Shown here: positions 22,716 to 35,421 of the stretch, in pieces
Numbering within the stretch: position 1 is the first letter of the stretch
Layout of the letters: every line of letters begins with the position of its first letter
Source of the DNA: Mobula hypostoma
Taxonomy: Eukaryota
Assembly: GCF_963921235.1 (NCBI RefSeq)
Contig: NC_086118.1
Span: 22,818,001-22,882,000 of the forward strand
DNA length: 64,000 bases
Direction of reading: 5' to 3'
The notes under the pieces: generated by a model
What the model saw: only the letters and a program-made list of their open reading frames with translations
Database searches by the model: none
Told to the model about the DNA's origin: nothing
Translations under genes and position numbers: made by a program

Positions 22716-25599
22716 GTACCAATGACATGGGTAAGATGAATGATGAGGTTCTGCATAGGGTGTTCAGGGAGATAGGTGCTAAGTTAAAGGGCAGGACCTC
22801 CAGGGTTGTGCTCTCAGGGTTGCTACCCGTGCCACATGCTAAGGAAGCCAGAACTAGGAACGTTATATAGTTTAATACATGGCTAAGGATTTGGTGTACA
22901 TGGGAGGACATAAGATTTTTGGATCATTGGGCTCTCGTCCAGAGAAGGTGGGACCAGTACATAAGAGATGGCTTGCACCTGAACTGGAGGGGGACTAATA
23001 TCCTAACGAGGAAAGTTTGTTAATGCTACACAGAGGGGTTTAAACTAGAGTTGTAGGGGGATGGGAACCAAAGTACCAAACAATTAGTGGAGAGGTTGTG
23101 GAGGCGGATGTTGGTAAGACCTCAGATAAAGTCAGAAATCAAAAGGTTGGGCGTAGTGCAACTAGTGTCCTGGACTGCGTATATTTCAATGCAAAAAGTA
23201 ATGCAGGAAAGGCGGATGAGCTCAGTGCATGGATTAACACCTGGAATTATGACATTGTAGCCATTAGTGACATTGGTTGCAGGAGGGGCTGGACTGGCAG
23301 CTCAATATTCCAGGGTTCTGTTGTTTTAGATGTGATAGAGCAGGAGGGATTAAAGGAGAAGGGGTAGTGTTACTAGTCAGGGAAAATGTCACAGCAATGC
23401 TCTATCAGGACAGATGGAAGAACTCAACTAGTGAGGCACTATGGGTGGAACTGGGAAAGAAGAAATGTGTGACCACAATAATGGGGCTCTATTACAGACC
23501 ACCCAACAGTCTGAGGGATTTAGAGGAACAAATTTGTAAAGAGATCTCAGTCTGTTGCAAGAAACATAAGATTCTAATAGTAGGTGATTTTAAATTTCCA
23601 CATATAGACTGGGAAACCAACACTGTAAAAGGATTGGATGGGATAGAGTTTGTCAAATGTGTTCAGGAAAGATTGCTTCATCAGTGTGTAGAAGTCCGAA
23701 CAAGACAGCGTACAATACTGGATCTGCATTAGGGAATGAGAAAGGGCAGGTGACAGAAGGGGAACACTTGGCATCCAGTGACCAGAATGACCTTAATTTC
23801 AAAGTAAGTATGAAAGGAGATAGGTCTGGTCCACAGGTTGAGATTCTAAATTGGAGAAAGCCTAATTTTGATTGTATCAGAAATGATCTGGTGAGTGTGG
23901 ATTGGGAGAGGCTGTTCTCTGGCAAAGGTGTGCTTGGGAAGTGCAAGGCCTTCAAAAGCAAAATTTTGAGAGTACAGACCATATATGTGCCCGTCAGAAT
24001 AAAAGGTAAAGATAACAAGTACTTGGTTTTCAAGAGATATTGAGGCCCTGGTTAAGAGTAAAAAAGAGGGCCATAGCAGGTATAGACAAGCAGGAACAAA
24101 TGAGGTGCTTATGGAATACAAGAAATGCAAGAAAACACTTAAGAAAGAAATCTGGAAAGCTAAAGGAAGTCATGAAGTTACTCCAGCGGGCAAGGTGAAG
24201 GACAATCCGAAGGGATTGTACAGGTGTGTTAAGAGCAAAAGGATTGCTATGGACAAACTTGGTCCTCTGGAAGACCAGAGCAATCCATGTATGGGGTCGA
24301 AACAGATGGGGGAGATCTTAAATGTATTCTTTGCACCTGTATTGACTTGGGAGATGGATAATGAGTCTATAGAAGTGAGGCAAAGGGGCATCAACTTCAT
24401 GCACTTTATACAGATTACAGAGGAGGAGGTGTTTGCTACCCTGAGGCAAATCAGGATGGATAGATCTCCAGGGGTCTGACAATGTGTTCCCTCCCTATGG
24501 GAGGCAAGTGTAGAAATTATTGTGGCCCTTGCAGAGATATTTAAAACATTCTTAGCCACAGGAGTGGTACCAGAGGATTGAAGGGTAGCCAATGTCGTTC
24601 CGTTGTTTAAAAAAGACTCTAAGCAGAAACCAGGAATATATAGGGCTGCTGAGTCTGATATCAGTTGTGGGAAAGTTATTGGAAGGTATTCTAAGGGACT
24701 GGATATATAAGTGTTTGGATAGACATGGACTAATTAGGGATAGTTGGCATGGCTTCGTGTCTAACCAATCTTATAGAGTTTTTTGAGGAAGTGGATGAAG
24801 GCAAGGCAGCAGATGTTGTCTATATGGACTTCAGTAAAGAACTTGACAAGTTCCTGCATGGGAGAATGGTCAAGAAGGTTCAGGCGCTCGGCATTCAGGA
24901 TGTGGTAGTAAATTGGATTAGACATTGGTTTGTGGGAGAAGCCAGAGAGTGGTAGTAGAGAGTTGCCTCTCTGACTGGAGGTCTGTGACTAGTGGTGTGC
25001 CGCATAGATTGGTGCAGAGTCCTTTGTTGTTTGTCATCTGTATCAATGATCAGGATGATAATGTGGTTAATTGGATCCGCAAATTTGTGGATGACACCAA
25101 GACTGGGGGCGTAATGGACAGAGGAAGGCTATCATGGCTTGCAGAGGGATTTGCATCAGCTGGAAAAAGGGTCTGAGAAATGTCAGATGGAATTTAATGC
25201 AGACAAGTGTGAAGTCCTGCACTTAGGTAGGACCAACCAGGGTAAGACTTACTCAGTGAACAGTAAGGCATTGAGGAGTGTGGTAGAACAAAGGGATCTG
25301 GGAATTCAGGTCCATAATTCATGGAAAGTGGCATTACAGGTAGATAGAGTCATAAAGAAAGCTTTCAGCACATTGGCCATCATAACTCAATGTATTGAGC
25401 ACAGAAGATGGGTTGTGATATCGAAGTTGAGTAAGACATTGGTGAGGCCGAATTTGGGGTATTGTGTGCAATTTTGGTCACCGACCTACAAGAAAGAAGA
25501 AGACAAGGTTGAAAGAGTGCAGAAAGAATTTACAAGGATGTTGCCAGGTCTGGAGGACCTGAGTTATAAGAAAAGATTGAATAGGTTAGGACTGTTCTT

Positions 25600-27257
25600 C
25601 TGGTGGATGCTTGAAAGCAAAGGACAGTACCATTATCATGAAAAAAGATGAGATTATGAACAGATGGGCTGAGTATATTCAGGAATTGTTTGAAGAAGAT
25701 TGAGGCTAAAAACCAGGAATTAAGAAAAACATTGAAGGTCCAAGTATTGTAAAATCTGAAGTTCGTAATGCAATAAATAAGACGAAGAAAGGAAAGGCAG
25801 CAGGTCCTGATAAATTAACAAAAGAACAAATTATCGCCCTTGAAGATTATGGAATTGGGAAATCTTACTGATTTAATCAATGACATTTATGAGACTGGAA
25901 TAATACCAGAAGAGATGAAAAAAATCAGTATTTATCACTCTTCCTAAGAAACCTGGAGCAATGGAAAGTGAATTACATAGGCATAAGTTTAATGAGTCAT
26001 ATCACCAAGATACTCCTAAGAATTTTGATGACAAGAGCTAAAAGTAAGATACAAGCTGAAATAGGCAAAGAACAATATGGTTTTGTGAAATACAAAGGTA
26101 CAAGAAACGTAATATTGATGTTAAGGATACTATCAGAATGAGCTATTCAAGTGCAAAAACACTTGTTTGTTTGTTTTATCGACTACACAAAAGCATTTGA
26201 TAAAGTGAAGCACAATAAGTTATTTGAAATATTACAGGAAACTCTAGATCTAGATTCGAAAGACCTCCGCCTAATCAGAAATCTGTACTGGGAACAACCT
26301 GTCGCTGTAAGAATAGATGGAGAAGTGAGTCAGTTTGCGAAAATCAAGAGAGGCGTTAGACAAGGGTATGTTTTCTCCCCTGATTTATTTAATGCATACA
26401 GTGAAACAATATTACAAAAAATAAGAGTCATCTTGGGAATCAAAGTTGGCGGTGCAAACATCAATAATTTCAGATATGCGGATGACACTGTGTTAATTGC
26501 AAGTACGGAAGAAGAACTACAAAACTTAATTGATATAATTGTTGAAGAAAGTGCAAAAATTGGTTTATCTATCAATTGCAAAAAGACAGAATGTATGAAG
26601 ATATCCAAAAAGAAGGAGAATCCTATCTCTAGGCTGAGAATAAACGGAGAAGACATAAAACAAGTACAGAACTTTTGCTACTTAGGAAGCTGGGTGACAT
26701 CAGGTGGCAGGTGCGACTTGGAGATCAAAAGAAGAACAGGGATGGCGAAAGACACCTTTATGAGAATGAAGAGTATACTGACCAATACTAAACTAGGCAT
26801 GACAACCCGACTCAGAGTACTGAAATGTTATGTTTATCCAGTTATCTTATATGGCTCAGAATGTTGGACAATATCTAGTAACATGGGGAAATGAATTGTA
26901 GCAGTAGAGATGTGGTTTTTGAGGAGGATGCAAATAATATCATGGACAAAACGAATATCTAATGAGGATATCATGAACAGAGCAAACACAAAAAGAGAAA
27001 TAATGTATGAGATCATGAAAAGGCAACGTAACTTCATTGGACATGTAATTAGATAAGCAGAGTTAGAATGCACAGTAATTATGGGAAGGATTGAAGGGAA
27101 GAAAGCAAGAGGAAGACAAAGACAAATGATGATGGAGACAGCAGCCAGAGAACTGGAAATGAATACCAATGAATTGATCCACTTGACCTGAAACAGGAGT
27201 GTTTGGGCCATGGCAGTCAAAGCTCAAACTGGGCATGGTACCCGATGATGATGATGA
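25600..27257 (+). mobile_element. RTE LINE (RT and C-terminus) inserted in the CR1 3' end
   Basis: CFIDYTKAFD, GVRQG, RYADDTVL, YLGS, LYGSECWT; (gat)n tail. Confidence 0.9.
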
Positions 27258-27262
27258 AGTGT

Positions 27263-27653
27263 TGTAACTACTGAGCCAGTAGTACTGGCAGTTTCTGGGA
27301 CTCTTTAAGGCAGGCAGTCTGACAAGGTAGCTTAAAGTTATTACAAATTTTATTAACAACCAGGTCTTGTTAAGTATGTTGTACATCAAGAGGCAAGTCC
27401 AATTTCAAATAAAATACAGCTCCTGAGTTATCATCAGACCGAATAAAGTGCAGTAAAGTGTGTAGGTGAAGTTACTACAGCAGTATAATAAAGCACACCA
27501 GTGCCTCAGGTTCACATGGAGATTTAAGACTAACCATACAAATACCAAAACCTCAATTTAAGCAGAAGGCATTAAATAAAAGGTTAAAGCAGTGACTCAC
27601 ACAAAGATCTACACCATCTTATCTTAATGGACTAGACTGGCTTAATAGTTACA
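27263..27653. mobile_element. 391-bp element with terminal inverted repeats (small solo LTR or MITE)
   Basis: Ends tgtaacta ... tagttaca (perfect 8-bp IR, TG..CA); lies between the RTE tail and the resumed CR1. Confidence 0.5.
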
Positions 27654-28452
27654 ATATTGTTTAGAATGTAGAAGATTGAGAGCAGATTTGATAGAGGTAT
27701 ATAAAATTATGAGGGGTATAGATAAGGTAAGTACAAGCAGGCTGTTTTCACTGAGGTTGGGTGGGACTAAAACCAAAGGTCATGGGTCAGGGTGAAAGGT
27801 GGAAAGTTTAACGGGAGCATGAGGGGAAATCTCTTCACTGAGAGAGTCATGAGAGTGTGGAATGAGCTGCCGGCACAAGTGACACATGGAGCTCGATTTC
27901 CACATTTAAGAAAAGTTTGGATAGGTAAATGGATAGTAGGCATATGGAGGGCTATGGTCTCGGTGCAGGTCATTGGGCATGGTCAGTTTAAGTGGTTTTG
28001 CAATGAACTAGATGGGCCAAAGGGCCAGTTTCTGTGCTGTAATTCTCTATGACTCTATGACCTCATAACTGTCTGAAGGGCATTGCTTTTGGCCTCATCT
28101 TCTTCCATCTTCAGCAGCGTGACTGGAGAATAGTGAGCAATTCTGCTCACAGGTGCTGAAGAAGATCAGAATAGGTTTTCCACATTTGTTGCTGAGAACA
28201 GGGAGTTCAGTTTAAGTTAGACTGAGGAAGCTGAGGAGTTTTCCCTGGAACACAGAAAGATGACATCATTTTTGCAGGTGTACAAGATTGTATCTGCTTT
28301 ATCTGGGGTAAATTGATTGGTTCAAGAGCCAGTGAAACAATTGTAAAAGCTGAGCAAAGTTACAAGGAATGGTGATCTGGAATTCATTAATTATAGCGGT
28401 GGTGGAATCTGTATCAATCAGTGTGCTCACAGGAAGTTGAATGAATACTTAC

Positions 28453-28501
28453 ACCAAAATAACCTGCCCAGCCGTAGAGATAGAAGCAGAAAGGAAAACA
28501 T
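28453..28501 (-). CDS. Candidate host first coding exon MFSFLLLSLRLGRLFW (phase 1)
   Basis: ccaccATG Kozak-like context, 49 nt, followed by GTAAGT donor; lies in sequence with no recognisable repeat; gene not recognised. Confidence 0.35.
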
Positions 28502-28934
28502 GGTGGGAGTGCTCGAGTAGGAGTCAGCAAAGATGTGAGAGGGCAGACAGGATTCTCTGCTGTAATGTTTCTGTAATTGTATGATAACATGTTGACACCT
28601 GTGAGCATGGTGAAAACAAAAAGAAAATTTCTGTTTTCGCACAGAGAAACCTGTATCCAGAGATCACCAGAATTTCTTGCACCAGTAAACTCAGCTCCTC
28701 CACCTGGAGCAGCTGTCACGTCCTACTGGACTCAGTGCAGCTTACCTTGAGAGCAGCAGGTTTCCAGATCCAGGGAGGTGTGAATGTTGCATTGCACTGC
28801 ACACCGCAGTCAACTGCCCATGAATGGCCACTAATGTATCAGCAGGGCAACCACAGGAAACACAGGGGAAATACTTTATAGTGGAATCACATTGGGAGCA
28901 GTTTCACGTGAGTTTTCTCACTGGCAAGGTTGTG

Positions 28935-29381
28935 CTTTCGGAGATACTCTTCTGCACACCAATGTTGTAACACCTGGCTATTTGAGTTACTGTTGCCTTC
29001 CTGTCAACTTGAACTAGTCTGGCCATTTTCCTCTGACCTCTCTCATCAACAAGCTGTCAACACCCACAGAACTGCTGCTCACTGGATTCTTGTTTTGTTT
29101 TTCAAACCATTTTCTGTAAATGAAAATCCCAAGAGATGTCTGATCAGCAGTGTCTGAGTTACTCAAGCCACCCCGTCTGGCACCAACGATCATTCCATGG
29201 TCAAAGATACTGAGATCACATTTCTTCCCCATTCTGACATTTGATCTGAACAACAATTAAACCTCTTGACCAGGTCGGCTTGCTTTTATACATTGAGTTG
29301 CTGCCTCATAATTGGCTGATAAGATATTTGCATTAATGGGCAGGTATACAGGTTTACCTAATAAAGTGGCTACTGATTATA
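28935..29381 (-). mobile_element. Tc1-like transposon remnant (one terminus + transposase N-terminal HTH)
   Basis: MGKKCDLS.FD.GMIVGARRGGLS.S.TAD; terminus cctaataaagtggctactga followed by TA-rich flank. Confidence 0.8.
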
Positions 29382-30124
29382 TATTCAAACAATACTGTCA
29401 CATTTGACAGGTATCAATGTTTCCCACTTTGAGCTTTTTCATATCAATGCACTGAAAACACCCACAAAGGTTGAATTTTTTTTTTTTTGCCCTGGTATCA
29501 TAATGTCAGTGGCCATTATGAACGCAGAGCCTGAGGCAGGAAATGTTGGGAGTTAGTTATGGAACCTAATCTTATACTTGTCTGAAAGCTGATAAATAAT
29601 AAGTCTGAATGTGGAAGTGATTGTTAGCTGTAATATGCTTTCCCACTCCATCAGCCTCCAGCTCAGAAGAAACCAATTTTCAATACATTCCATGTGCAAC
29701 CAATGTTGTAAGTTCTCATTTTATGCCAAAAGAGAGGCAGGTTCATTTACCACTTCCCAACTACCACTAGACGTCATCCAGCAGTTTGTTAATTTAGTGA
29801 ATATCCTCTTCCCAATTCCTGCAGCACAGTCAGGGAGGATTACAGGAATACTCTAAAGTTCTCCACTGAATGTTCTTTTTATTTACCAGTATAACCCCTT
29901 ATAAGACAACAAAACTATGCAACTATTAAGGGTTATAGATAATCTCAAGAATGATAGCCAAGCTTGACTTTCTAATTGGATTGACTTAATGTCGCTAATA
30001 GATGTTTATTTTATAGTGTTACTTTTAATACCAATAATAACCTTACAGGGGATATAGTCCATTTGGTTATCTTTTTGGAAGATTACATTTTTTCAACCTC
30101 TCTCCTGTTTGAGGATTTATTTAG

Positions 30125-30310
30125 TTATCTATCAATCTATCTATCTATTTAGAGGTACAGTGGGGAACAGGCCCTTCTGGTTTACCAAGATACACTGCCC
30201 AGCAATCCACCTGTTTAACACTAGCCTAATCACTGCACAAAACAAAACAATGCCATACATCTTTGGACTGTGAGAAGAAACCAGATCACACCGAGGAAAG
30301 ACTCAACCCA
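30125..30310 (-). mobile_element. V-SINE (HE1-like) fragment
   Basis: Reverse complement of V-domain-like ggtttcttctcacagtccaaagatgta; (tcta)n tail. Confidence 0.55.
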
Positions 30311-30454
30311 ACATGAACTCTGATCTCTTTGTTCTGTTATTGAAGCACAAATCTCATTTTAAAAATACCAGATGCTGGAAGTGACTATTTACATCAAATG
30401 CTCAACCATCGTTTCTTTGCATGAATTAGCATAATTTGTTCCTTAAGGTTGTTA

Positions 30455-31015
30455 TAGTCAGGGGTGGTAATGGGGATAAGCTCATACTATCTATTAAATG
30501 CTCCCAATGGTGTGCACCTCAAATAGCCCCTGACAACCAAGTCCAGCTCCTGGCCTTCACACGTGGCTTAGCTACTAAGCCCAGCAGATCTAGTTCTACT
30601 GACAGAGGGAGGGGCAAAGGTGGGTTACTAGCGCCTTTAAATCAGTCACTTTTGTCAGATGGGGCTTGTCAGCTGTGGTTGTCAGCTCAGCTAGGAGAAG
30701 GAAAACACTGGTCTCAAACCTCTGCTACCTTGTGGCTGTACCCACACATGAGGAAGGCTTTGGGAGTAAACCCTGAGGGAAATATCCAGAGCTGGCATCC
30801 TTACGTTGAGTTCAATGCTGACTGGCATCTCATGCGACACTGCTGGTGCCAAACTGTATCTGTCTCTTCAGTTCTTTTGGTTTCATCAGATGTGTGGAGA
30901 GGGGAAGCTTACTACATGGGCAACAGCTTGCTCTCCATTTTATACTGCCTGATTTTGGTATCTACACAGCTAGGACGCAACATCCATGGTTGATCCTGAC
31001 CAACGGAGGCCTCAG
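30455..31015 (+). mobile_element. Non-autonomous RTE-related element (RTE-like 5'UTR + SINE-shared body)
   Basis: ggagaaggaaaa...tcaaacc motif resembling RTE 5'UTRs; last ~190 bp homologous to the SINE at 7210-7396. Confidence 0.6.
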
Positions 31016-32224
31016 AATTAGCATATTTATTTATAGCAAAAAAAATGCTAATTAGTTGTGAAAGTGCTTGTGGCAACAATGCATTTCTAGGTTTTACTGT
31101 TTCATTTGAAATAACTGAAATCGTTTTCAGTGGGACTGTTAGCTGCTTCAGAGGATATTGGCAGAAAATTCTGTTTTACATTTGTATAGTAGGCAAACTA
31201 AACATTTAAACCTAATTTGCAAAGTTTCAGTCTTTATTACTTTTCTAGACAGGAAGCAGATGCATTTCATGTATAGAGCTGCCGGCTATCATGGATTTGT
31301 TAGAAATATTCGACCATGCCTGACAGAATAAACAGTACAAGATTATTGTCCATATTTAACTCAGAAAGGTTCCAGTCAGCAATCATTATCTGCCCTACCA
31401 CTGGCACACTTATGGGATTCGAGTAAGGGCTAACTTTGTTTTTTTTTGGATAAAGTCTGGTCCCTGTAGTAACAAAGCCAGTTGTTCCACAAATGCTGAC
31501 ACCAGCCAGCCAAACTCTGTTAAAAAGCTTAACTCATTCAATTAGACATGAACAAAAAAGTAGGTTGCTGGACTCAGTCACTGTAAATTAGATTGAACAT
31601 ATCCAGAATCCTTTTGACTGATTGCAAAAGTCTCACACTTACCTACTAAAGTAAGAAGTGGGACTATTTTCACAAATACATAGCGCAGTTCTGAAGCCTT
31701 ATTAAAGTTCTCAGTGATGGTCAATCAATCTGAAAACAAATCAATGTCACTTGGATGACTGTCCTCAATAGATCTTTTCAAGATTGTTGGCTTATTAAGT
31801 CGGCGTCTGAGTCACTGGAGTAGAAGCTAATTTTGGAACCAAGGAGATGTGACCAAGAACTTTTTTTAAAACAAATGTAAAACAGAATTCCTTTTTTAAA
31901 GTTGTTGGAAGAAGACTTTTCACAAAGTGGCATGGCTTTTTTTTAATGCAACTCACCTCAAGTTAGCCAAACCATTTAACAAGACTAAAGAATTTCAAGA
32001 GCATATTTTGCAAAATATGGTTAGCACAATGCACTTCATATTGAGCAAGATTTCAGGTCTATATTTTTTCTAGATGATTAACTTAGAAGAACTTAAGAAT
32101 GGTACAAAAAAAACTACTTGAGGAATTCAATGGATCTAGCAGCATCTGTAGAGGGAAATAGACAGTCTCAACTGGTCATGATTTTAACCATTAACTATAG
32201 GGGTTATTTCTAAAATGGAATTTG

Positions 32225-33260
32225 ATCTGCTGATGTCCAGAAGTCCACTGAATGTGAGATTGCAGAGCTGTGTATCAGAAACTGTGTTCAGAAGCACAGG
32301 GACACCTCAGGGGATTGTTCTGTCCTCTTTCCTGTTCACTGTCTGCATCTCGGACTTCAGATATAACTCAGATTCCTGCTACCTGCAGAAGTTTTCGGAT
32401 GATTCGGCAGTTGTGCTCTGTATCAGCCGAGGTCAGGAGGCTGAGTACAGAAGAGTGGTGGACAACTTTGTTGAGTGGTGTGGGCTGAATCACCTGCAGC
32501 TCAACATCACTAGGACAAAGGAGTTGGTGGTGGACTTCAAGAAGGTGAAAACACCCTGCATTCCCATCTCCATCAAGGGAATGGATTTGGAAGTCAGCTG
32601 GGACTGCAAGTACCTGCGAACTCACCTGGACAATGAACTGGACTGGACTAAAAATACAGAGACTCTGTGCAAGAAAGGACAGAGCCAATTGTGCTTCCTG
32701 TGGAGGCTCCAGTCATTCAGCGTCTGTAGTACTATGCTGCAGATGTTCTACGAGTTGGTGGTGACCAGCATTCTATTCTACACTGTAGTCAGCTGGGGCG
32801 GCAGGGTGAGAGCGGCTGACACCAAGAAGATCGATAAGCTCGTCAGGAAGGCTGGTTCTGTTCTGGGGGTGGAGCTGGACTCCCTGGAGGCTGTGTCTAA
32901 GAGGAGAATGCTGCAGAAGCGATGGAGCATTATGGACAATCCCACTCACCCCTCTATGACATACTGGACAAACAGTGGAGCACCTTTAGTAACAGACTGT
33001 TTTCAACAAGGTGCACCACTGAACGCCCCAAGAGATCCTTTCTCCCTGTGGCTGTAAGACTCCACAACTCCTCCTCCTTAATTATACAGGTATTTGATTT
33101 CATTCCACATCTGTGTTTTGCATATTATTACTTTTTAATGCACATTGTATTTTTTCATACCTCAATGCTTATATTTTGTACTTTTAAGTATATATTTCTG
33201 ACTGAACAACCTTTCAACAATAATTTCCTTTGGGATAAATAAAGTTTTATCTTAACTTGT
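32225..33260 (+). mobile_element. Rex1/Babar LINE RT/3' fragment
   Basis: [40 protein letters not shown]; gggataaataaagt tail. Confidence 0.9.
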
Positions 33261-35421
33261 ATTGTCTTTGGAGCATTGCAAACAGAACATACCTGTTAAT
33301 ACATGATTGTTTTGTCAGAAATTCGTTGGGAAGATTCAAGTTTATAATTCTTTCTTTCTAGTACCATATGATGGCTAGCCTAATAATAATATTTATATGA
33401 TAGTCTTTACCTTGATGTATCAGGAGTAGAACCAATACTAGATGATCAGTGAAAGCACAGTTGGGCTTAACCCTAACTTCAGTGAAAGTATGGCTTTATA
33501 AGCAGATGAACTAACTCAGGTCTGGGCATGACTATCCAGGCAATTGCTTGCCTTTTTCTATTTCACCAAGTGACTTTTACATATGTCAGTTTAATGAGTA
33601 TCAACAGGCTTTGCTTTGAGGCTAATTTTAAAACTGTATCTGATCATACCTTCATAGCTTCACTTTCTAAAAGTCTCCAGATAATGACGTAGATTGGGAA
33701 AGTGATCTTTTGTTCCCAACCCAAATGCAGTACAGTCATTCTAGTTATGGCATTAAACTGAAGATTAATTGCAACATCTTCCTGTGATTCATATATATTA
33801 GTTGCACCCCAGTTGCTACATTTATGAACAGCCCAATAAATTAGAAACAATTTTAAAAGCCAATATTGTAACTTCAGTTGTTGGAGAGTTTCAATATACT
33901 AATATACTATGTATATTAATAAAGACACCTCTATAGAATGTAGATGAAGTCAAGCCTTTAAAAACATTTCTGGAGTCCAGTAGAACCTAAAATGGTTTGT
34001 ATAAAGTGGTTTATGTCCTATACAAATAAATTGCATTAAATATAATAATGCCACTGTTGAGAAGACCTGCCTGGATTTCAGCATGCACTGACTCTTTCCA
34101 TCTGTGTATTTGTAATTGAAATGGATAACAGCTGTAATATCTCATCGATACGCATATGGTGCCTTGCTGGTGCAATGCTGACAGGAAAAAGTCTAGTACG
34201 GGTTTCAAAGGAAAAAAAGTCTTGTAAATGTCTTTAACAAAAATATTTATAGACTTTGGGTTAATGATGACATCAACACGGACAAGGAGGAAACCATTAT
34301 GACATCATTGATTTAGCAACAAGGAAAGATCCATTCTGTGATACAGTATAATGTATTTTAGCAGGCTTGCCTGCCATTTAGCATCATTGGCATTTGATCA
34401 TCTTTTCACTACAAGGGTGGCATTGTCTAACCACTCGCTAATAGAAACACACCAGACTACAGCTATGTTGCTCCAAGTATTAACCTCTTCAATACTATAT
34501 ACTGTACGTAAATTTAAAAAAAAACAAAAATGAGAAAGAACAACAGTGTCTTCTCTTAGCATTGATGCCTTAAATAATCCCAAAGTTCAAGATTTGGAAC
34601 TTAATGCATCTTTGTCTTCCATTCATTAGTTGCAACTGCAACCAAAAGGCAAGGTTTGGTGTTAACCACATGGAAAAATGTATTTTTTTGTCAGATTGTT
34701 CATGTTTTAAAACCCTTGCCTCACTTTTTTTGTAAAAATATTTTCCTTTCTTTAAAATAAATTATACCTTTCTTGCACTTCGTGCCTTTTTATTTCCCGC
34801 TTCTAGACTTCTGTACAGTTAAATAAATTGTGTGACGATCTTCAAAGAACCTCAATAATGCAGTTTCTTGTGTTAGGTTACTTAACCCGAGTGTCTGTAC
34901 AGGGAGTAAATTTCAAACTTTAATTATTGCTATTAAGTCTTTAGCATTTCAAAGTTATTTTTATAGAGTGAGGTCATTTCTGGTTAGAATCCTCTTGTGT
35001 CAGAAAATTTCCTTCAAGATCCTATTCATTCACAAAGAAGTCACTGAATCTACAGCCTTTAAGAATAGTGTCTCTCAGAGTTCCTCCGTAATTTTCATTG
35101 TTGAAATATTCTGACATTTGCCACACAAGTTGTATGTTATTTGAAAGACAGAATCATTATAAGTGAGAATTTGAGAGTTGATCATTGATCGAGGGACATA
35201 AATACTACATAAATATATAAAACCAAGACATGAAGCAAAGAGTAATCAACTTTTTGTTGATTTAATCTCAATTGCTATGTCACTTCATGGATTTTTTTGA
35301 ATGATCAATGAATAAAAAATATGTTTCTCATTATTCCTGACTTTCATCCAATCTGATTTTTTTTTCTCTTGCCCTCTCTGCTTCTTGAACATGTCAGTTC
35401 ATGCTAATGTAATGTTCCATG

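Larger units (their letters stand above)
19480..28060 (+). mobile_element. Near full-length, degenerate CR1 LINE (ORF1 Zn-finger/SGNH, ORF2 APE-RT) interrupted by several insertions
   Basis: VECSSCG; VHVG|TND split at 20259/22716; YYRPPN, VGDF.FP.IDW, DVVYMDFSK, KF.DDTK, YCVQFWSP; ctatgactctatga tail near 28050. Confidence 0.85.

Noticed and set aside
30436..30993. 185-aa ORF
   Set aside because: Non-ATG start, lies wholly in a non-autonomous repeat, no protein motif
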